A stretch of DNA of 64,000 nucleotides from an uncultured Acidimicrobiia bacterium (lineage in GTDB: Bacteria > Actinomycetota > Acidimicrobiia > Spongiisociales > UBA5794), in NCBI GenBank assembly GCA_964195545.1, contig CAXMQQ010000084.1, positions 11,173 through 75,172 of the forward strand, written 5' to 3'. Made by a program: the position numbers and the translations under genes. Under the pieces are notes generated by a model. The model was not told where the DNA came from. It worked only from the letters and a program-made list of their open reading frames with translations, and did not search any database. Positions 19,859 through 29,490 of this stretch are shown piece after piece. Position 1 is the first letter of the stretch, and every line of letters begins with the position of its first letter.

Positions 19859-19865
19859 GAAGCCG

Positions 19866-20570
19866 TCAGGGCCGCGTTCCCCTCACGATGATCCAGGGGA
19901 GCGTCAGAACCATGGGAAACCGCGCCGGGAGTTGAAGCGACGCATCGGTCTGCTCGAGGAGCCGGTCCAGCGAGGCCGGGTCGAGACCATCCGTCCCTGG
20001 CCATATCCCAGAACGAACGGCCTCAACACCCTCTGCCGCAGATCCGATGACAGCCACCGGGAGATCGGCCTTGGTCTCGGTCACATTTCGAAGCCCCGCT
20101 CGTACGGCGTCGACACCCAGCACGCGTGCTGCCCTGAATCGAAAACGTGCAGCGGCCGCCGCCGGTGGATCGCCGCGGTAGAACAGTCCATACAGTCGAG
20201 CCGCCGGCATCGAAGCGGTGAGAGCCTTTGCATCGATGTCGCCTATCCAGACGGTTCCATCGGAGCGAACCACACGCATCGCCTCTTCTACCACCGGGTC
20301 GACGCCCGCAGGAGTCTCCCATGCCGAGAGGACGATGGCAGCGTCGAACGAGCCTGCCTCGAAGCCGGTGGCTGTTGGTTCGGCGCCATCCGGTACCGGG
20401 CCCACGCCCAGCGTCGCTACGCCGGGAGCACCACCACCCGTGGGTCCGGGAAGTTGATCGGCAAGCACTTCGACGTGAGGACCGACCAGAACTGTGTTTC
20501 CACCTCCCGCGGCTCCCAAGCTCGTCATGGTCGACATCCAGGCGTCTCGAAGCATTCGCTGTTGCTGCAT
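19866..20570 (-). CDS. Putative SAM-dependent methyltransferase-like protein (weak)
   Basis: Gly-rich N-terminus and DAAIVLSAWE...SDGTVWIGD resemble methyltransferase motifs II/III, but motif I is degenerate. Confidence 0.3.
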   Translation of the reverse strand: MQQQRMLRDAWMSTMTSLGAAGGGNTVLVGPHVEVLADQLPGPTGGGAPGVATLGVGPVPDGAEPTATGFEAGSFDAAIVLSAWETPAGVDPVVEEAMRVVRSDGTVWIGDIDAKALTASMPAARLYGLFYRGDPPAAAAARFRFRAARVLGVDAVRAGLRNVTETKADLPVAVIGSAAEGVEAVRSGIWPGTDGLDPASLDRLLEQTDASLQLPARFPMVLTLPWIIVRGTRP

Positions 20571-20616
20571 GTCGGTCAGCGTAGTTGCCGCCCCGCGTGG
20601 CTCGTCTGGTCGGGGC

Positions 20617-21453
20617 CTACGCCCCGGGAATCATGTCGGACCGCATGACGACCGGCCAGCGGTTGCCGGAGCGATCACCAATGGTGAACACCACACGCCA
20701 CTCAGGGCCCGCGGCGCCGGACTCGACCACTTCAGCGTTCGCATCGAACAGGCTGGCGTAGTCGAGCGTGGCCGTGATCGCCTCCTCGTGTACCTGCCCG
20801 TCCGTCACCATCCACCCTTCGATTGCGTGATACACCGGTGGGAGGATCGGGATCGGAAGCTCTGCAACTGCGGTCTCACCATCTTGGACAGCGATCAAGA
20901 CGTCGACAGCGCGCACGGGGCCGCGAACGAAGGCGCCGTCCGGCTCCTCGGTGAGGCTCCTGAAGACGATGGAGATGGCGTATCCGCTCGTCGTGGGGCG
21001 TACGTCGAACGCCCGTGCCCACTCGACATATGAGATCCCCACCCCATCGTCCTTCGGCAAGTCTGGTATCGCTGCATCGTTGACGAATGCCGATATCAGC
21101 TCCTCGGGTATCGGACCGTCGACGGTGAAGTAGTCGGTAACGAACCACTCTGCTCTGGCGATGGCGGACAACTCGGGAGCGGCGGGAACGACAGCCATGA
21201 GATCGGCCTCCGACAGAACACCCGTCGTCGACGACGACTGGGTCTCGACCACACCAGCTTCGGTCGTGGTTGTCTCAGTCGAAGCCGCCAGTGCCGGTTC
21301 CTCCCCGTGGCTCGGAGCAGTGAACCAGCGGATCCCAACGAACCCGATGACGACCGCGACGATGACCGCTGCGGCCGTGTAGAGGGTCTTCGCTCGCCCC
21401 TGGCGATGCTCGGTCAGGAGCGTTCTCCACGGGATCTCCTCGTATTCATCCAT
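20617..21453 (-). CDS. Membrane-anchored hypothetical protein (N-in, single TM, extracytoplasmic domain)
   Basis: Cytoplasmic N-terminus, TM helix AAAVIVAVVIGFVGI, then a Ser/Thr-rich linker and a globular domain. Overlaps the upstream LysM gene stop. Confidence 0.45.
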   Translation of the reverse strand: MDEYEEIPWRTLLTEHRQGRAKTLYTAAAVIVAVVIGFVGIRWFTAPSHGEEPALAASTETTTTEAGVVETQSSSTTGVLSEADLMAVVPAAPELSAIARAEWFVTDYFTVDGPIPEELISAFVNDAAIPDLPKDDGVGISYVEWARAFDVRPTTSGYAISIVFRSLTEEPDGAFVRGPVRAVDVLIAVQDGETAVAELPIPILPPVYHAIEGWMVTDGQVHEEAITATLDYASLFDANAEVVESGAAGPEWRVVFTIGDRSGNRWPVVMRSDMIPGA

Positions 21454-21454
21454 G

Positions 21455-21958
21455 TCATCCCTCCGGGATCAAGAGTTGTTGGCCGGGAAAGATCAGGTTC
21501 GGGTTATCACCGATGAGGGCCCGGTTCGCGTCGTAGATCACGGGCCAGAACCGGGCGACGTCGGCACTCGATGGCTCACCGGCACCTACCGAGCGAAGAG
21601 CAAATGCTGCGATGCGCCACAAGCTGTCTCCGGGTTCAACGGTGTACGTTGTCGTCGAGGTGGGGGCTTCACTCTCATCTTCCGGCGTCCCCGCACCCCC
21701 AGTCGGCGGCGAAGTCTCGTCGGCAAGACGGACGATGGGCGGAGGAACCGTTGCGACCGCAGGTCTCGGGCGAGCAAGCACCGCCGTCAGACTCGCCATC
21801 GTCAAGAGCACGGCAAGCGGGCGAACCGGGATCGGGATCCGAACCGTCACGAGTCGGCGTATGGCCGAAGGAACGGAGCCGAGCACCCCGAGTGTCAAGG
21901 TGACGGCTGCAACACCGGTGCAGAGGGCCATGGCAGGTTCCATGGCTCGAACATACAA
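21455..21958 (-). CDS. LysM domain-containing protein
   Basis: C-terminal LysM motif YTVEPGDSLWRIAAF...ANRALIGDNPNLIFPGQQLLIP. N-terminal signal/TM segment. Confidence 0.6.
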   Translation of the reverse strand: MYVRAMEPAMALCTGVAAVTLTLGVLGSVPSAIRRLVTVRIPIPVRPLAVLLTMASLTAVLARPRPAVATVPPPIVRLADETSPPTGGAGTPEDESEAPTSTTTYTVEPGDSLWRIAAFALRSVGAGEPSSADVARFWPVIYDANRALIGDNPNLIFPGQQLLIPEG

Positions 21959-22018
21959 GAAACCACAAGTGACATCAATAGGTATGAATTAGTATTGGGT
22001 AGTGCCGACGGAGTGCTC

Positions 22019-23026
22019 TCACCCACCGATGTAGGACATCTCCACCTTCGGGAGCCCCAATGAGACACCGGTCCGCTCTTCGCTGTAGCGGTCGGATCGG
22101 TCCTGCCATACGCCGGTGATGATTTCGTCGAGTTCCTCGTCGGTCGCGCCGGCTCTCATGGGGCCGCGCAGATCGGTTCCACGTGTCGCGAACAGGCACG
22201 TGTAGATCGAACCGTCCGCGGAGAGTCGGAGCCGAGTGCACTCGCCACAGAACGGGTTCGACACAGAAGCGATCACACCGATCTCCCCTTTCCCGTCCTG
22301 ATACCGCCAGCGCTTCACCACTTCGCCGGGGTAGTTCGGATCGATCGCGTCCAGCGGCCATTCGCTTGCGATGGTCCTCAAGATCTCGTCTGCAGTGACG
22401 ACATCCCCCATCTTCCAGCCATTCGACGATCCGACATCCATGTACTCGATGAACCGAACGATGTGGCCTGTCCCGCGAAACGCCCCGGCGATGTCGACGA
22501 GAGCGTCGTCGTTGAGGCCCTTCCTGACGACCGTGTTGATCTTGATCGGAGCGAGGCCTGCATCATTGGCTGCGTCGATTCCTTCAAGGACCCGGGCAAC
22601 CGGAAAGTCCACGTCCGCGGCCCCCCGAAAGCTGGTGTCGTCGACCGCGTCGAGGCTTACGGTGACTCGGTTGAGGCCGGCGTCGGCGAGTGCTCCTGCG
22701 TGGCGAGAGAGGGTACTTCCGTTCGTTGTCATGGCTACATCCAAGATGCCGTCCACCGAAGCGACCTTGGCGACGAGGGCGTCGAGGTCGTGGCGCAGCA
22801 GCGGTTCACCCCCGGTGAGTCGAACCTTCTCGACACCGAGGCCAGCGAAGACCCGGACCAAGCGCTCGATCTCTTCGAACGTAAGGATCTCATCGCGAGG
22901 CAGATAGACGTGGTGACGGTCGTACACATCGCGAGGCATGCAGTAGGCACAGCGGAAGTTGCAGCGGTCCGTGACAGACACGCGCAGGTCATGCAGCGGT
23001 CTTCCAAGCGTGTCGAGAGGCATCAT
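22019..23026 (-). CDS. moaA: GTP 3',8-cyclase MoaA (molybdenum cofactor biosynthesis, radical SAM)
   Basis: Radical-SAM motif CNFRCAYCMP near the N-terminus. C-terminal second-cluster Cys motif CGECTRLRLSADG. Length 335 aa. Confidence 0.9.
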   Translation of the reverse strand: MMPLDTLGRPLHDLRVSVTDRCNFRCAYCMPRDVYDRHHVYLPRDEILTFEEIERLVRVFAGLGVEKVRLTGGEPLLRHDLDALVAKVASVDGILDVAMTTNGSTLSRHAGALADAGLNRVTVSLDAVDDTSFRGAADVDFPVARVLEGIDAANDAGLAPIKINTVVRKGLNDDALVDIAGAFRGTGHIVRFIEYMDVGSSNGWKMGDVVTADEILRTIASEWPLDAIDPNYPGEVVKRWRYQDGKGEIGVIASVSNPFCGECTRLRLSADGSIYTCLFATRGTDLRGPMRAGATDEELDEIITGVWQDRSDRYSEERTGVSLGLPKVEMSYIGG

Positions 23027-23065
23027 TGAGATGCTACCGAACGCCCGGGGCTGCGGGGCCTCAAC

Positions 23066-24181
23066 TCAACGCGCCAGGTCGAGGAACTCATTTCGCGTGC
23101 GCGGGTCGTCTTTGAATGTTCCCCGCATCGCGCTGGTGATCATGGCGCTCTCCTGCTTCTGAACGCCGCGCATCATCATGCAGAGGTGCCGACCTTCCAT
23201 GACAACCGCGACGCCATAGGGGTCAAGGATGTCGGTCAGCGCATCAGCGACCTGGTTCGTCAACCGTTCCTGAACCTGGAGCCTTCGTGCGTACACGTCG
23301 ACAATGCGGGCGATCTTCGACAGCCCGATGATCTTGCCCTTCGGGAGATACGCGACGGCCGCTTTCCCGAAGAACGGGAGCATGTGGTGCTCGCACATCG
23401 AGTAGAACTCGACATCCTTGACGAGAACCATCTCCTCGGCGCCCTCGGCGTCGAACACGGCGTTGTTGACGACTTCTTCGAGCGACGTCGAGTATCCGCT
23501 CGTCAGGAAGTCCATCGCCTTCGCCACACGCAGGGGTGTGCGCATGAGGCCCTCGCGCTCGGGATCCTCTCCGATCTCGACGAGCTGCTGACGGACGAGG
23601 CTCTCGAGTCTCGGGGCGTACACGTCGACGACGTCGTCGAAGTCCTCTGGTGCCCTGGAGGAATATGGGGTGCTCAGTTGAATCGCCATGACGGGACGAA
23701 CCTCTCCGGCGTCGATTTGTTCCGCTATCTCCGAAGCGGTGCGCCCGTCCGAGGGGTGGACCCAGTCGGGAGCTACTTCTGCAATGGGGATCGCAATGTG
23801 AGCGACGGTCGCCGCCATCGGATCGGGAACCAGCCACCCATCGATGTCAGCGTCGACGTCTCCGTAGTAGGCAATGTCAAGGTCGATCCGCCGCGGGGCA
23901 CTCGGATCGTCACTTCGTTCGCGCCCGAGTTCGGCCTCGATCGCCCGCAGTGCATCACGGAGTTCGACAGGTTGCAGTTCGGTGCACAGGTAGACGGCGG
24001 CGTTGAAGAAATCGGGGGCATCGTTCGGACCTCCGACCGAGGCGCTCTCATAGAAACGGCTCACTCGCTCGACCGTTATGTGCGGGGCGCGCCGGAGCAT
24101 CCTGATCGCTTCGGGCAGATTGCGTTCCTTCTCGATGTTCGATCCGAGTACCACGATCGCATGGGCCGTGCCTTCACGCAT
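23066..24181 (-). CDS. folK-folE: Bifunctional 6-hydroxymethyl-7,8-dihydropterin pyrophosphokinase (HPPK, FolK) / GTP cyclohydrolase I (FolE) fusion
   Basis: N-terminal 160 aa is HPPK ([11 protein letters not shown]...FFNAAV...GRER...PRRIDLDI). C-terminal 195 aa is GCH-I ([40 protein letters not shown]). One uninterrupted ORF of 371 aa. Confidence 0.75.
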   Translation of the reverse strand: MREGTAHAIVVLGSNIEKERNLPEAIRMLRRAPHITVERVSRFYESASVGGPNDAPDFFNAAVYLCTELQPVELRDALRAIEAELGRERSDDPSAPRRIDLDIAYYGDVDADIDGWLVPDPMAATVAHIAIPIAEVAPDWVHPSDGRTASEIAEQIDAGEVRPVMAIQLSTPYSSRAPEDFDDVVDVYAPRLESLVRQQLVEIGEDPEREGLMRTPLRVAKAMDFLTSGYSTSLEEVVNNAVFDAEGAEEMVLVKDVEFYSMCEHHMLPFFGKAAVAYLPKGKIIGLSKIARIVDVYARRLQVQERLTNQVADALTDILDPYGVAVVMEGRHLCMMMRGVQKQESAMITSAMRGTFKDDPRTRNEFLDLAR

Positions 24182-24560
24182 CGTCAACTCCGTTTCGTGT
24201 TCGGTAGATCGTGATCCCGACCGATCGTGCGTGTCGCAGCGCACTCGGCTTCTCGACGGTCATTTCCACCGCGGCTATCCGCCCATCCGCTTCGAGGCAG
24301 ATCTCGACGAGTTCGGCGACAAGGCGTTCGACAAGCATGGGTTCGCCCTGTTCGATGAAGGCGATCAGCTGCTTCGTGATCGTCCGGTAGTTGACCGCGT
24401 CGTCGATGTCGTCGCTCGCCGCCGCGTTTCGAGTGTTCGCCCAGAGTGTGGCATTGACCAGGATGTCCTGGCGATGGATCCGCTCATCAGGATTGACTCC
24501 AATGATCCCTGAGACAACAAGATCCCGAATGTGAATCCGGTCGAGTGTCTCATACCTCAT
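24174..24560 (-). CDS. folB: Dihydroneopterin aldolase
   Basis: [31 protein letters not shown] matches the FolB N-terminus. Start placed at the second ATG with GAGGC RBS (alternative start 24581). Confidence 0.8.
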   Translation of the reverse strand: MRYETLDRIHIRDLVVSGIIGVNPDERIHRQDILVNATLWANTRNAAASDDIDDAVNYRTITKQLIAFIEQGEPMLVERLVAELVEICLEADGRIAAVEMTVEKPSALRHARSVGITIYRTRNGVDDA

Positions 24561-24584
24561 GTCTGATGCCTCAAATCTCATATC

Positions 24585-25316
24585 TCAAACCAGGTGTCCA
24601 CCGCCGTCGACCCGCAGGATCTCGCCCGTCACGAAGTCGTTCTCCAAGAGTGAGAGGACCGCAGCGACGACCGGTTCCGTCCCACCCACACGAGCGAGCG
24701 GCAGGTCGGCAGCGAGCCTCACGGCGTAGTCGTCGTCCTCATGCGGCGGCGGGAGGATCACCCCGAGGCCGACGGCGTTCACCCTGATGCGGGGCGCCAG
24801 TTGCAGTGCCGCCGTCTTCGTGAACGTGTCGATCGCGCCCTTCGCCACCACGTAGCTGAAATGCTCCCGATACGGGGTCTGCGTTCGAACATCGGTGATG
24901 TTCACGACGGCGCCGCTCGAGTCTTCCGGAAGTGCTTTGGCGAAGGCCTGCGTGGCGAATACCGGTGTCGCCAGTGTCAGGTCAAGCGTCGCTCTCCAAG
25001 TATCGACGGTGACGTCTGCGATCGTGTCGGAGGGAAATCCGGACGCGCTGTTGACGAGAATCGAGGGCGTCCCGAGGGACCGCTCGGCAAGTTCGACGAG
25101 TTCCGCAGCCTTCGATGGATCCGAGAGATCGGCCGATCCAACCGCGGCTCGAACACCCAATTCCCGTGCCTCCGCGGCAGTTCGCTCGGCCGGCTCCGCT
25201 GATCTGTTGTAGTGAATGAACACGTCGACACCGGCTCCGGCTAGGCCGAGTGCGATCGCGCGTCCGACGCGAACGCCACCTCCGGTCACGATCCCGACTC
25301 TTCCTCGTAGGTCCAT
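24585..25316 (-). CDS. SDR-family oxidoreductase (possible FolM/pteridine-reductase-like)
   Basis: TGGGVRVGRAIA Rossmann motif, catalytic YxxxK (YVVAKG), NSASG motif. 3-nt gap to folB downstream. Confidence 0.75.
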   Translation of the reverse strand: MDLRGRVGIVTGGGVRVGRAIALGLAGAGVDVFIHYNRSAEPAERTAAEARELGVRAAVGSADLSDPSKAAELVELAERSLGTPSILVNSASGFPSDTIADVTVDTWRATLDLTLATPVFATQAFAKALPEDSSGAVVNITDVRTQTPYREHFSYVVAKGAIDTFTKTAALQLAPRIRVNAVGLGVILPPPHEDDDYAVRLAADLPLARVGGTEPVVAAVLSLLENDFVTGEILRVDGGGHLV

Positions 25317-25405
25317 GGTGGTGAGCGTAACCAACCAGCAACTGTTCACCTTCACGAATCCTCGGTATCCGCTGCCTTTCCCCGTGACCGCCTATCCTGA
25401 CCACC

Positions 25406-25993
25406 GTGAGCAAAGAAGATCCGAAGCACGGACGTTGGATTCTGCCGGTCGTCATCGCTGCGCTGATCGGATTCACCTACCTGTTCGTCACCGCCCTGCC
25501 CCCAGCGGAGATTCCCGTCGGGACAACAACGACGGTTGTCGCATCGGAGACCACCACGTCGGTTCCGGACAGCACCACCACGACGACCACGCTCCCATCG
25601 GACATCGCAGCATTCCTCAGCCTTGTGGACGGCTACGAAGCAACGGCGAACACGATCGCCAACGACATCGACGACACGAACACCGCCTGGGAGAACAGGG
25701 CCGACGGTGTCCCTTCGTTCGCCGACACGCTGGCTGCTTTCGAAGCAGCGAAGGTCGAAGCGCAGACGCTGAGCGACAATGTCGCAGCAACGAATCCACC
25801 CGACGCGTACACGGCGGTCTGGCCTGACTCGATCACGGCGGCAGCCGCGCTCCCGCCCGGTGTCGACGCGGTCATCGAAGGCCTCCGGGCCCCCGACGAT
25901 GGGACGGCACGACGCGAGGCCGTCGACGCCTACGAAGTGCTCACCACCGAATTCATCGCGACCCTCGACGCCGTCAGAAACGCGACGCCGTAG
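25406..25993 (+). CDS. Membrane-anchored Thr-rich hypothetical protein
   Basis: N-terminal TM helix, a Thr-rich linker (TTTTVVASETTTSVPDSTTTTTTLP), then an Ala/Asp-rich domain. Confidence 0.45.
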   Translation: MSKEDPKHGRWILPVVIAALIGFTYLFVTALPPAEIPVGTTTTVVASETTTSVPDSTTTTTTLPSDIAAFLSLVDGYEATANTIANDIDDTNTAWENRADGVPSFADTLAAFEAAKVEAQTLSDNVAATNPPDAYTAVWPDSITAAAALPPGVDAVIEGLRAPDDGTARREAVDAYEVLTTEFIATLDAVRNATP

Positions 25994-26010
25994 CGGTCAT
26001 CGAACCGTCG

Positions 26011-26051
26011 TTTGTGCTTACGACCACGAAGAGTGTGGTCGTAAGCACAAA
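26011..26051. terminator. Perfect 17-bp-stem hairpin between convergent genes (bidirectional terminator candidate)
   Basis: TTTGTGCTTACGACCAC-gaagagt-GTGGTCGTAAGCACAAA lies 18 nt after the stop of the + gene and 26 nt after the stop of glnII. No U-tract. Confidence 0.5.
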
Positions 26052-26076
26052 CGATGCGGATTGGGCTGTGGGCGGA

Positions 26077-27081
26077 CTACCCGTCGGCCAGGGCTGAGCA
26101 GATCGTTTCCGTCATCAGCCGTGCGACCACGTACGGATCGGCGTTCGCGTTCGGGCGACGATCCTCGATGTAGCCCTTCTGATCCCTGGCGGTCTGCCAC
26201 GGGATCCTCACGGAGGCACCCCGGTTCGACACGCCGTACGAATACTCGGTCCACGGCGCCGTCTCGTGAAGACCCGTGAGCCGTCGTTGGATGCCAGCTC
26301 CGTAGCTCTCGACGTGCTCGTCGGCCCTCGTGCCGAGCGCCTCGCACGCAGCGATGATCGGATCGTATGACTCGCGCATCGCCGCGGTAGAGAAGTTGGC
26401 GTGCATCCCCGCCCCGTTCCAATCGCCCTCAACGGGCTTCGGGTTGAGGTGAGCGGAGATGTCCTGGTCCTCGGCAAGTCGGTATAGGAGCCACCGCGCC
26501 ATCCACAGATGGTCGCCGACCGCTACCGGATCGAGTGGCCCGATCTGGAACTCCCACTGTCCGATCATCACCTCGGCGTTGGTGCCGGAGATCTCGAGTC
26601 CGGCCTCCATGCATGCCACCGTATGGTTCTCGACGACGTCGCGTCCCCAGATCTCGTCGGCGCCGACGCCGCAGTAGTACCCGCCCTGCGGTGCGGGGAA
26701 GCCGCCGATCGGCCAACCGTGCGGACGACCATCCTTGAAGAACGTGTACTCCTGCTCGAGGCCGAACCAGGGCTCCTGGTCCTTGTACTGCTCATAGACC
26801 TCGGCACAGGCTGCCCTCGTATTCGATGGATGGGACTCCATGTCCGGGGTGAGCACCTCACACATCACGAGTAGGTTGTCGCCGCCCCGGATCGGGTCCG
26901 GTCGCACAAGGACGGGCCGGAGAACGCAGTCCGATAGCTCTCCCGGAGCTTGTTCTGTGCTCGACCCGTCGAAGCCCCACAGCGGCGGCTCCTGTCCGGA
27001 CTCGACGACCTTGGTCTTCGATCGAATGTACGACGTCGGCTTTCGACCGTCGATCCAGATGTATTCAGCTCGGTACGGCAT
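26077..27081 (-). CDS. glnII: Glutamine synthetase type II (eukaryote-like GSII)
   Basis: 334 aa with the GSII hallmark MPYRAEYIWIDGRKPT and GS catalytic motifs (GYYCGVGAD, NAEVMIGQWEFQIGP, SVRIP). Confidence 0.85.
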   Translation of the reverse strand: MPYRAEYIWIDGRKPTSYIRSKTKVVESGQEPPLWGFDGSSTEQAPGELSDCVLRPVLVRPDPIRGGDNLLVMCEVLTPDMESHPSNTRAACAEVYEQYKDQEPWFGLEQEYTFFKDGRPHGWPIGGFPAPQGGYYCGVGADEIWGRDVVENHTVACMEAGLEISGTNAEVMIGQWEFQIGPLDPVAVGDHLWMARWLLYRLAEDQDISAHLNPKPVEGDWNGAGMHANFSTAAMRESYDPIIAACEALGTRADEHVESYGAGIQRRLTGLHETAPWTEYSYGVSNRGASVRIPWQTARDQKGYIEDRRPNANADPYVVARLMTETICSALADG

Positions 27082-27160
27082 TGCCCCTCCAGTGATCCAG
27101 CGTGGTTGGCAACGAGAATGCCACATCCCCCGCGGCTCCGCACGAATCCTTTTGAACGGC

Positions 27161-27979
27161 TTACTTCGCCGCCCGATCCGTGAAACGGCGACCGAGCAGG
27201 ATCGGTACCCCCTGCAGCGCTGCGAACGCGCCGGTGACCAGCACCACGACCAGCATCATCAGCCACCGCTGCCATTGCAGATCGTCGCGAATCGCTGTCA
27301 CGACCGCGGCCGCATCCCCTGCAGTCGCTGCATATGAGTCGAGCAACAGTTCCGCCTCTTCCATCTGGCTCTGGAGTTCCGCAAGATCTTCGGCGATCTC
27401 AACGGTCGCAACGCCGAAGTCCTCGAAATCGGATGCAAGGGACGCCAACGGTATGGCCTGCGCTCGCAACTCGTCCGGCAACTCGTCGATCGCGTCCGTG
27501 AGCTCGGCGACGGCCTCATCGAACGGCACTTCCGGGTCGTAGTCGACACCGACGAAGCTGAGCACGCGCAAGGCGTTGTCGATGATCTCGGCTGTGGTCT
27601 CGATCGCCGGCATCGCGTCGACGACGGCATCGAGGGCATCAGGGACGTCCACGGCCACGACCACTGCCGTATCCGCTATCACCGCCGCAGCATCCTCGAA
27701 TGTCTCCGCTGCCAGCTCTGCCGAAGGTGCGAGCGTGTCGAAGGACTCGCTCACGATCCCGAGCGTCTCCGCGGCAAGAGCGACCGTCTCATCGGCCGTC
27801 TGGACAGCCTCGACCGTAACGGCAAGGGACTGGTCAGCGGATCGGGTCAGGGTCACCACGACCGCGATCCCGAGGACCCCGGCGATCAGGGACGCGACCA
27901 GACCCCCGATCCCAAGGATCGTGAACAGCCGTCCGAGCCGCCGATCGTCTCCGGCGAGTGTCGCGAGGCTCTCGCTCAT
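27161..27979 (-). CDS. Membrane protein (hypothetical; N- and C-terminal TM helices flanking an Ala/Glu-rich domain)
   Basis: ATGA overlap with the upstream ALDH gene. Hydrophobic segments at both ends. Confidence 0.45.
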   Translation of the reverse strand: MSESLATLAGDDRRLGRLFTILGIGGLVASLIAGVLGIAVVVTLTRSADQSLAVTVEAVQTADETVALAAETLGIVSESFDTLAPSAELAAETFEDAAAVIADTAVVVAVDVPDALDAVVDAMPAIETTAEIIDNALRVLSFVGVDYDPEVPFDEAVAELTDAIDELPDELRAQAIPLASLASDFEDFGVATVEIAEDLAELQSQMEEAELLLDSYAATAGDAAAVVTAIRDDLQWQRWLMMLVVVLVTGAFAALQGVPILLGRRFTDRAAK

Positions 27980-29490
27980 CCGAATTCGATGCCCTGCGCC
28001 AGCGGGAGCTCACCGGACCAGTTGATGGTGACCGTCTGCCTGCGCATGTAGGCCTTCCAGGCATCGGAACCGGACTCCCGTCCACCGCCGGTCTCCTTCT
28101 CGCCGCCGAAGGCACCGCCGATCTCAGCACCGGACGTCCCGATGTTGATGTTGGCGATACCGCAGTCGGACCCCATGGGCGAGAGGAACGTCTCGCCCGC
28201 TTGCACCGAGTCGGTGAAGATCGCCGACGACAGCCCCTGTGCGACACCGTTGTTGATCTTGATTGCCTCTTCGACGGTGTCGAACTCGATCAGATACAGG
28301 ATCGGAGCGAACGTCTCGATCTGCAGAATCGGTGCGTCGATCGGCATCTTGATGATCGTCGGCTCAACGTAGTAGCCGGGACCGTCGATGACCTCGCCTC
28401 CGTAGAGCAGTTCTCCGCCCTGTTCCTGTGCGATGCCGACGGCTGCCGAGAAGTTCGAGACCGCGATCTCGTCGACGAGCGGGCCCATGAGGTTCGCGTC
28501 GTCGAGCGGGTCGCCGATCTTCACGGTCGCGTACGCCGAGACGAGGCGTCGCGCGATCTCATCTGAGACACCTCGTTGCACGATGAGCCGGCGTAGCGAG
28601 GTGCAACGTTGTCCCGCCGTCCCGACGGCGGCGAAGACTGCCGCTCTCGTTGCCAGGTCCGGGTCTGCGTCGTCCATGACGACCATCGCGTTGTTCCCGC
28701 CGAGTTCAAGGAGCGACCGACCGAGCCGCTTCGCGACGGCAACACCGACCTTCTCACCCATCCCACACGATCCGGTCGCCGAGATGAGCGGCACCCGCCG
28801 GTCGTTGATCATGATGTCACCGACCTCGGCTCCGGAGCCAACGATCAGATTGAACACCCCCTCGAAGCCTGAGCCTTCCATCGCCCGGGCTGCGAGTTTG
28901 GACGTTGCCACAGCGGTGAGTGGCGTCTTCGAGGATGGTTTCCAGATAAGCGTGTCTCCTCCGACGGCGGCGATCATCGCGTTCCACGCCCAGACGGCTA
29001 CCGGGAAGTTGAACGACGTGATAATCCCCACCGGGCCGAGCGGCTGCCATTGCTCGTACATGCGGTGGCGGGGTCGCTCCGAAGCGATGGTGAGTCCGTA
29101 GAGCTGTCGGGAGAGGCCGACGGCGAAGTCGGTGATGTCGATCATCTCCTGGACTTCGCCCTCACCCTCGGCCTTGATCTTGCCCATTTCGAGCGCAACG
29201 AGCGCGCCGAGCGGTTCTTGGTACTCACGCAGCAGATCGCCGATCACGCGAACGAACTTGCCGCGCTCGGGCGCAGGGAGCATGCGCCACTCCTCGAAGG
29301 TGTTCGTCGCAGTCGCGACGACCCTTTCGTAGTCGGCGATGTCGGCACGCTTCACTGCGCCAATTCGATCGCCCGTGGCAGGGTTCTCGACGTCGAGTTC
29401 GGTGCCGCCGGTCTCGAGCCACTCACCGGCATACCCGCCCGAACTGACGTCGTCGAGATCAAGTGCGGCGAAGATGGAATCACGGTTCAC
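27976..29490 (-). CDS. pcd: Aldehyde dehydrogenase family 7 (L-piperideine-6-carboxylate / alpha-aminoadipic semialdehyde dehydrogenase-like)
   Basis: ALDH catalytic Cys (GQRCTS) and Glu (ELGGNN). The C-terminus RQTVTINWSGELPLAQGIEFG is characteristic of ALDH7/antiquitin. Confidence 0.8.
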   Translation of the reverse strand: MNRDSIFAALDLDDVSSGGYAGEWLETGGTELDVENPATGDRIGAVKRADIADYERVVATATNTFEEWRMLPAPERGKFVRVIGDLLREYQEPLGALVALEMGKIKAEGEGEVQEMIDITDFAVGLSRQLYGLTIASERPRHRMYEQWQPLGPVGIITSFNFPVAVWAWNAMIAAVGGDTLIWKPSSKTPLTAVATSKLAARAMEGSGFEGVFNLIVGSGAEVGDIMINDRRVPLISATGSCGMGEKVGVAVAKRLGRSLLELGGNNAMVVMDDADPDLATRAAVFAAVGTAGQRCTSLRRLIVQRGVSDEIARRLVSAYATVKIGDPLDDANLMGPLVDEIAVSNFSAAVGIAQEQGGELLYGGEVIDGPGYYVEPTIIKMPIDAPILQIETFAPILYLIEFDTVEEAIKINNGVAQGLSSAIFTDSVQAGETFLSPMGSDCGIANINIGTSGAEIGGAFGGEKETGGGRESGSDAWKAYMRRQTVTINWSGELPLAQGIEFG

